Assembly: GCA_029717555.1 (NCBI GenBank)
Contig: JAMDHS010000059.1
Coordinates: forward strand, 62,001 to 126,000
Direction of reading: 5' to 3'
Length of the DNA stretch: 64,000 nucleotides
DNA from: Peribolospora baueri
Lineage: Eukaryota
How positions within the stretch are numbered: position 1 is the first letter of the stretch; each line of letters begins with the position of its first letter. The notes below the pieces were generated by a model. The model saw only the letters and a program-made list of their open reading frames with translations. It was not told the origin of the DNA and searched no databases. A program made the translations under genes and the position numbers. Below, piece by piece: positions 63,089 through 64,000 of this stretch.

Positions 63089-64000
63089 ATGAAGTCCGCC
63101 GCTGCCTCCCTCGCTTTTGCCGTCGCAAGCGCCCAACTCGCGGCCGCTCAGTTCGGTATCAGCCAGTACAGCGCGACCTAGTGAGTGGGCCGCCGCCGCC
63201 GTCTGTCTGTCTGTCGGTCGTGCCGTCGTCTGTTGTTCTACCCCTGTCTCCTGTCCTCATCCGTCTTGCTTCTCCATCGCGCCACCAGCACCTACGCCTC
63301 GAGCGCCCCCTCCGGCCTCCCCGACAACACTGAAAAGGGACAGATTGGCACCAACAAGTGCGGCTCTAACTCGAACGAGAACAGCTTGTGCCAGAACGCT
63401 TTCATCAATGCGGTACGTAGCGTGGACAAACAAACGGTCGTGACAGAATCCAGTTTTACTCACTGAGACACGTCTATCGCCCGCGGTACGAACGGACACG
63501 TCTTCCGGAACGTATTCACATCACAGGTCGACGACTTCTGCCTCTGGGCTCGTGAGTGTCGTTCGTGGAGAAGGCACGCAACCTCTCGCTCATACGTTTT
63601 CTCCTTCCCCCCTTTTTCCACAGCCCCCTTCTCCAACGGCCAGAACGCCACGATCGGCCAGACGGAGGAGGAAGAGGTGGCCTGGTGCACCAAGAAAGGC
63701 TACGGAACCCGTCTGATCCCTGACGGCACCATCACCGGTGCCCACTTCGTCAAGACGCCTGACTACGTTCAGATCACCGGCGTGGGCGACTTGACCAAGA
63801 TGGGCATCCCCGCCAACGACGGCGGTGGAGAGCTCGACCCGCACGGCGCGACTGGCAACGGCAACCCGGTGGGAGGCCTCGTGTTCACCAACGCCTTCTC
63901 CAAGGACAAGAGCTACGAGCAGATCCACGAGTGGACCAACTTTATGGCCTACAACGAGTTCTGCTTCCGCGCTTGCACCGGCCCCAACGCTGCTGCGCTC
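63089..64000 (+). CDS. Secreted MP88-like mannoprotein/macrophage-activating glycoprotein family protein, 3' end outside window
   Basis: Signal peptide MKSAAASLAFAVASAQLAAAQ; GQIGTNKCG, SLCQNAFINA|VDDFCLWA|PP, EVAWCTKKGYGTRLIPDGTITGAHFVKTPDYVQITG, GGELDPHGA.GNGNPVGGLV, EWTNF...FCFRAC. Confidence 0.88.

Overview
Eukaryotic nuclear DNA from a GC-rich, intron-rich basidiomycete fungus. The evidence is short GT-AG introns with CTRAC-like branch points, CT-rich UTRs and basidiomycete-type gene families. Most of the window is ordinary housekeeping genes: metacaspase MCA1 (5'-truncated), NOG1, SEC14, a ~1490-aa disordered membrane-anchored protein, LCB2, a 67-aa spliced microprotein, YPP1/TTC7, VPS64/FAR10-like FHA protein, a DUF3602-like protein, a frameshifted SDR, PEX16, stomatin, CDC7, an R3HCC1-like RRM protein, an Hst3/4 sirtuin, DEG1/PUS3, a DUF6534-like membrane protein and an MP88-like secreted protein (3'-truncated). 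The exception is ~7.5-11 kb, a lower-GC island holding a decayed, intron-containing archaeo-eukaryotic primase (AEP, PrimPol/NCLDV-herpesvirus type). All three catalytic motifs are readable. They are followed by a CxxC...CxxC zinc finger and an oppositely oriented helicase-like Walker A fragment, with short direct repeats upstream. I infer this is a relic of a primase-helicase-encoding virus-like or self-replicating mobile element. All calls come from manual translation and motif recognition; no searches were run, and exon boundaries are hand-derived.
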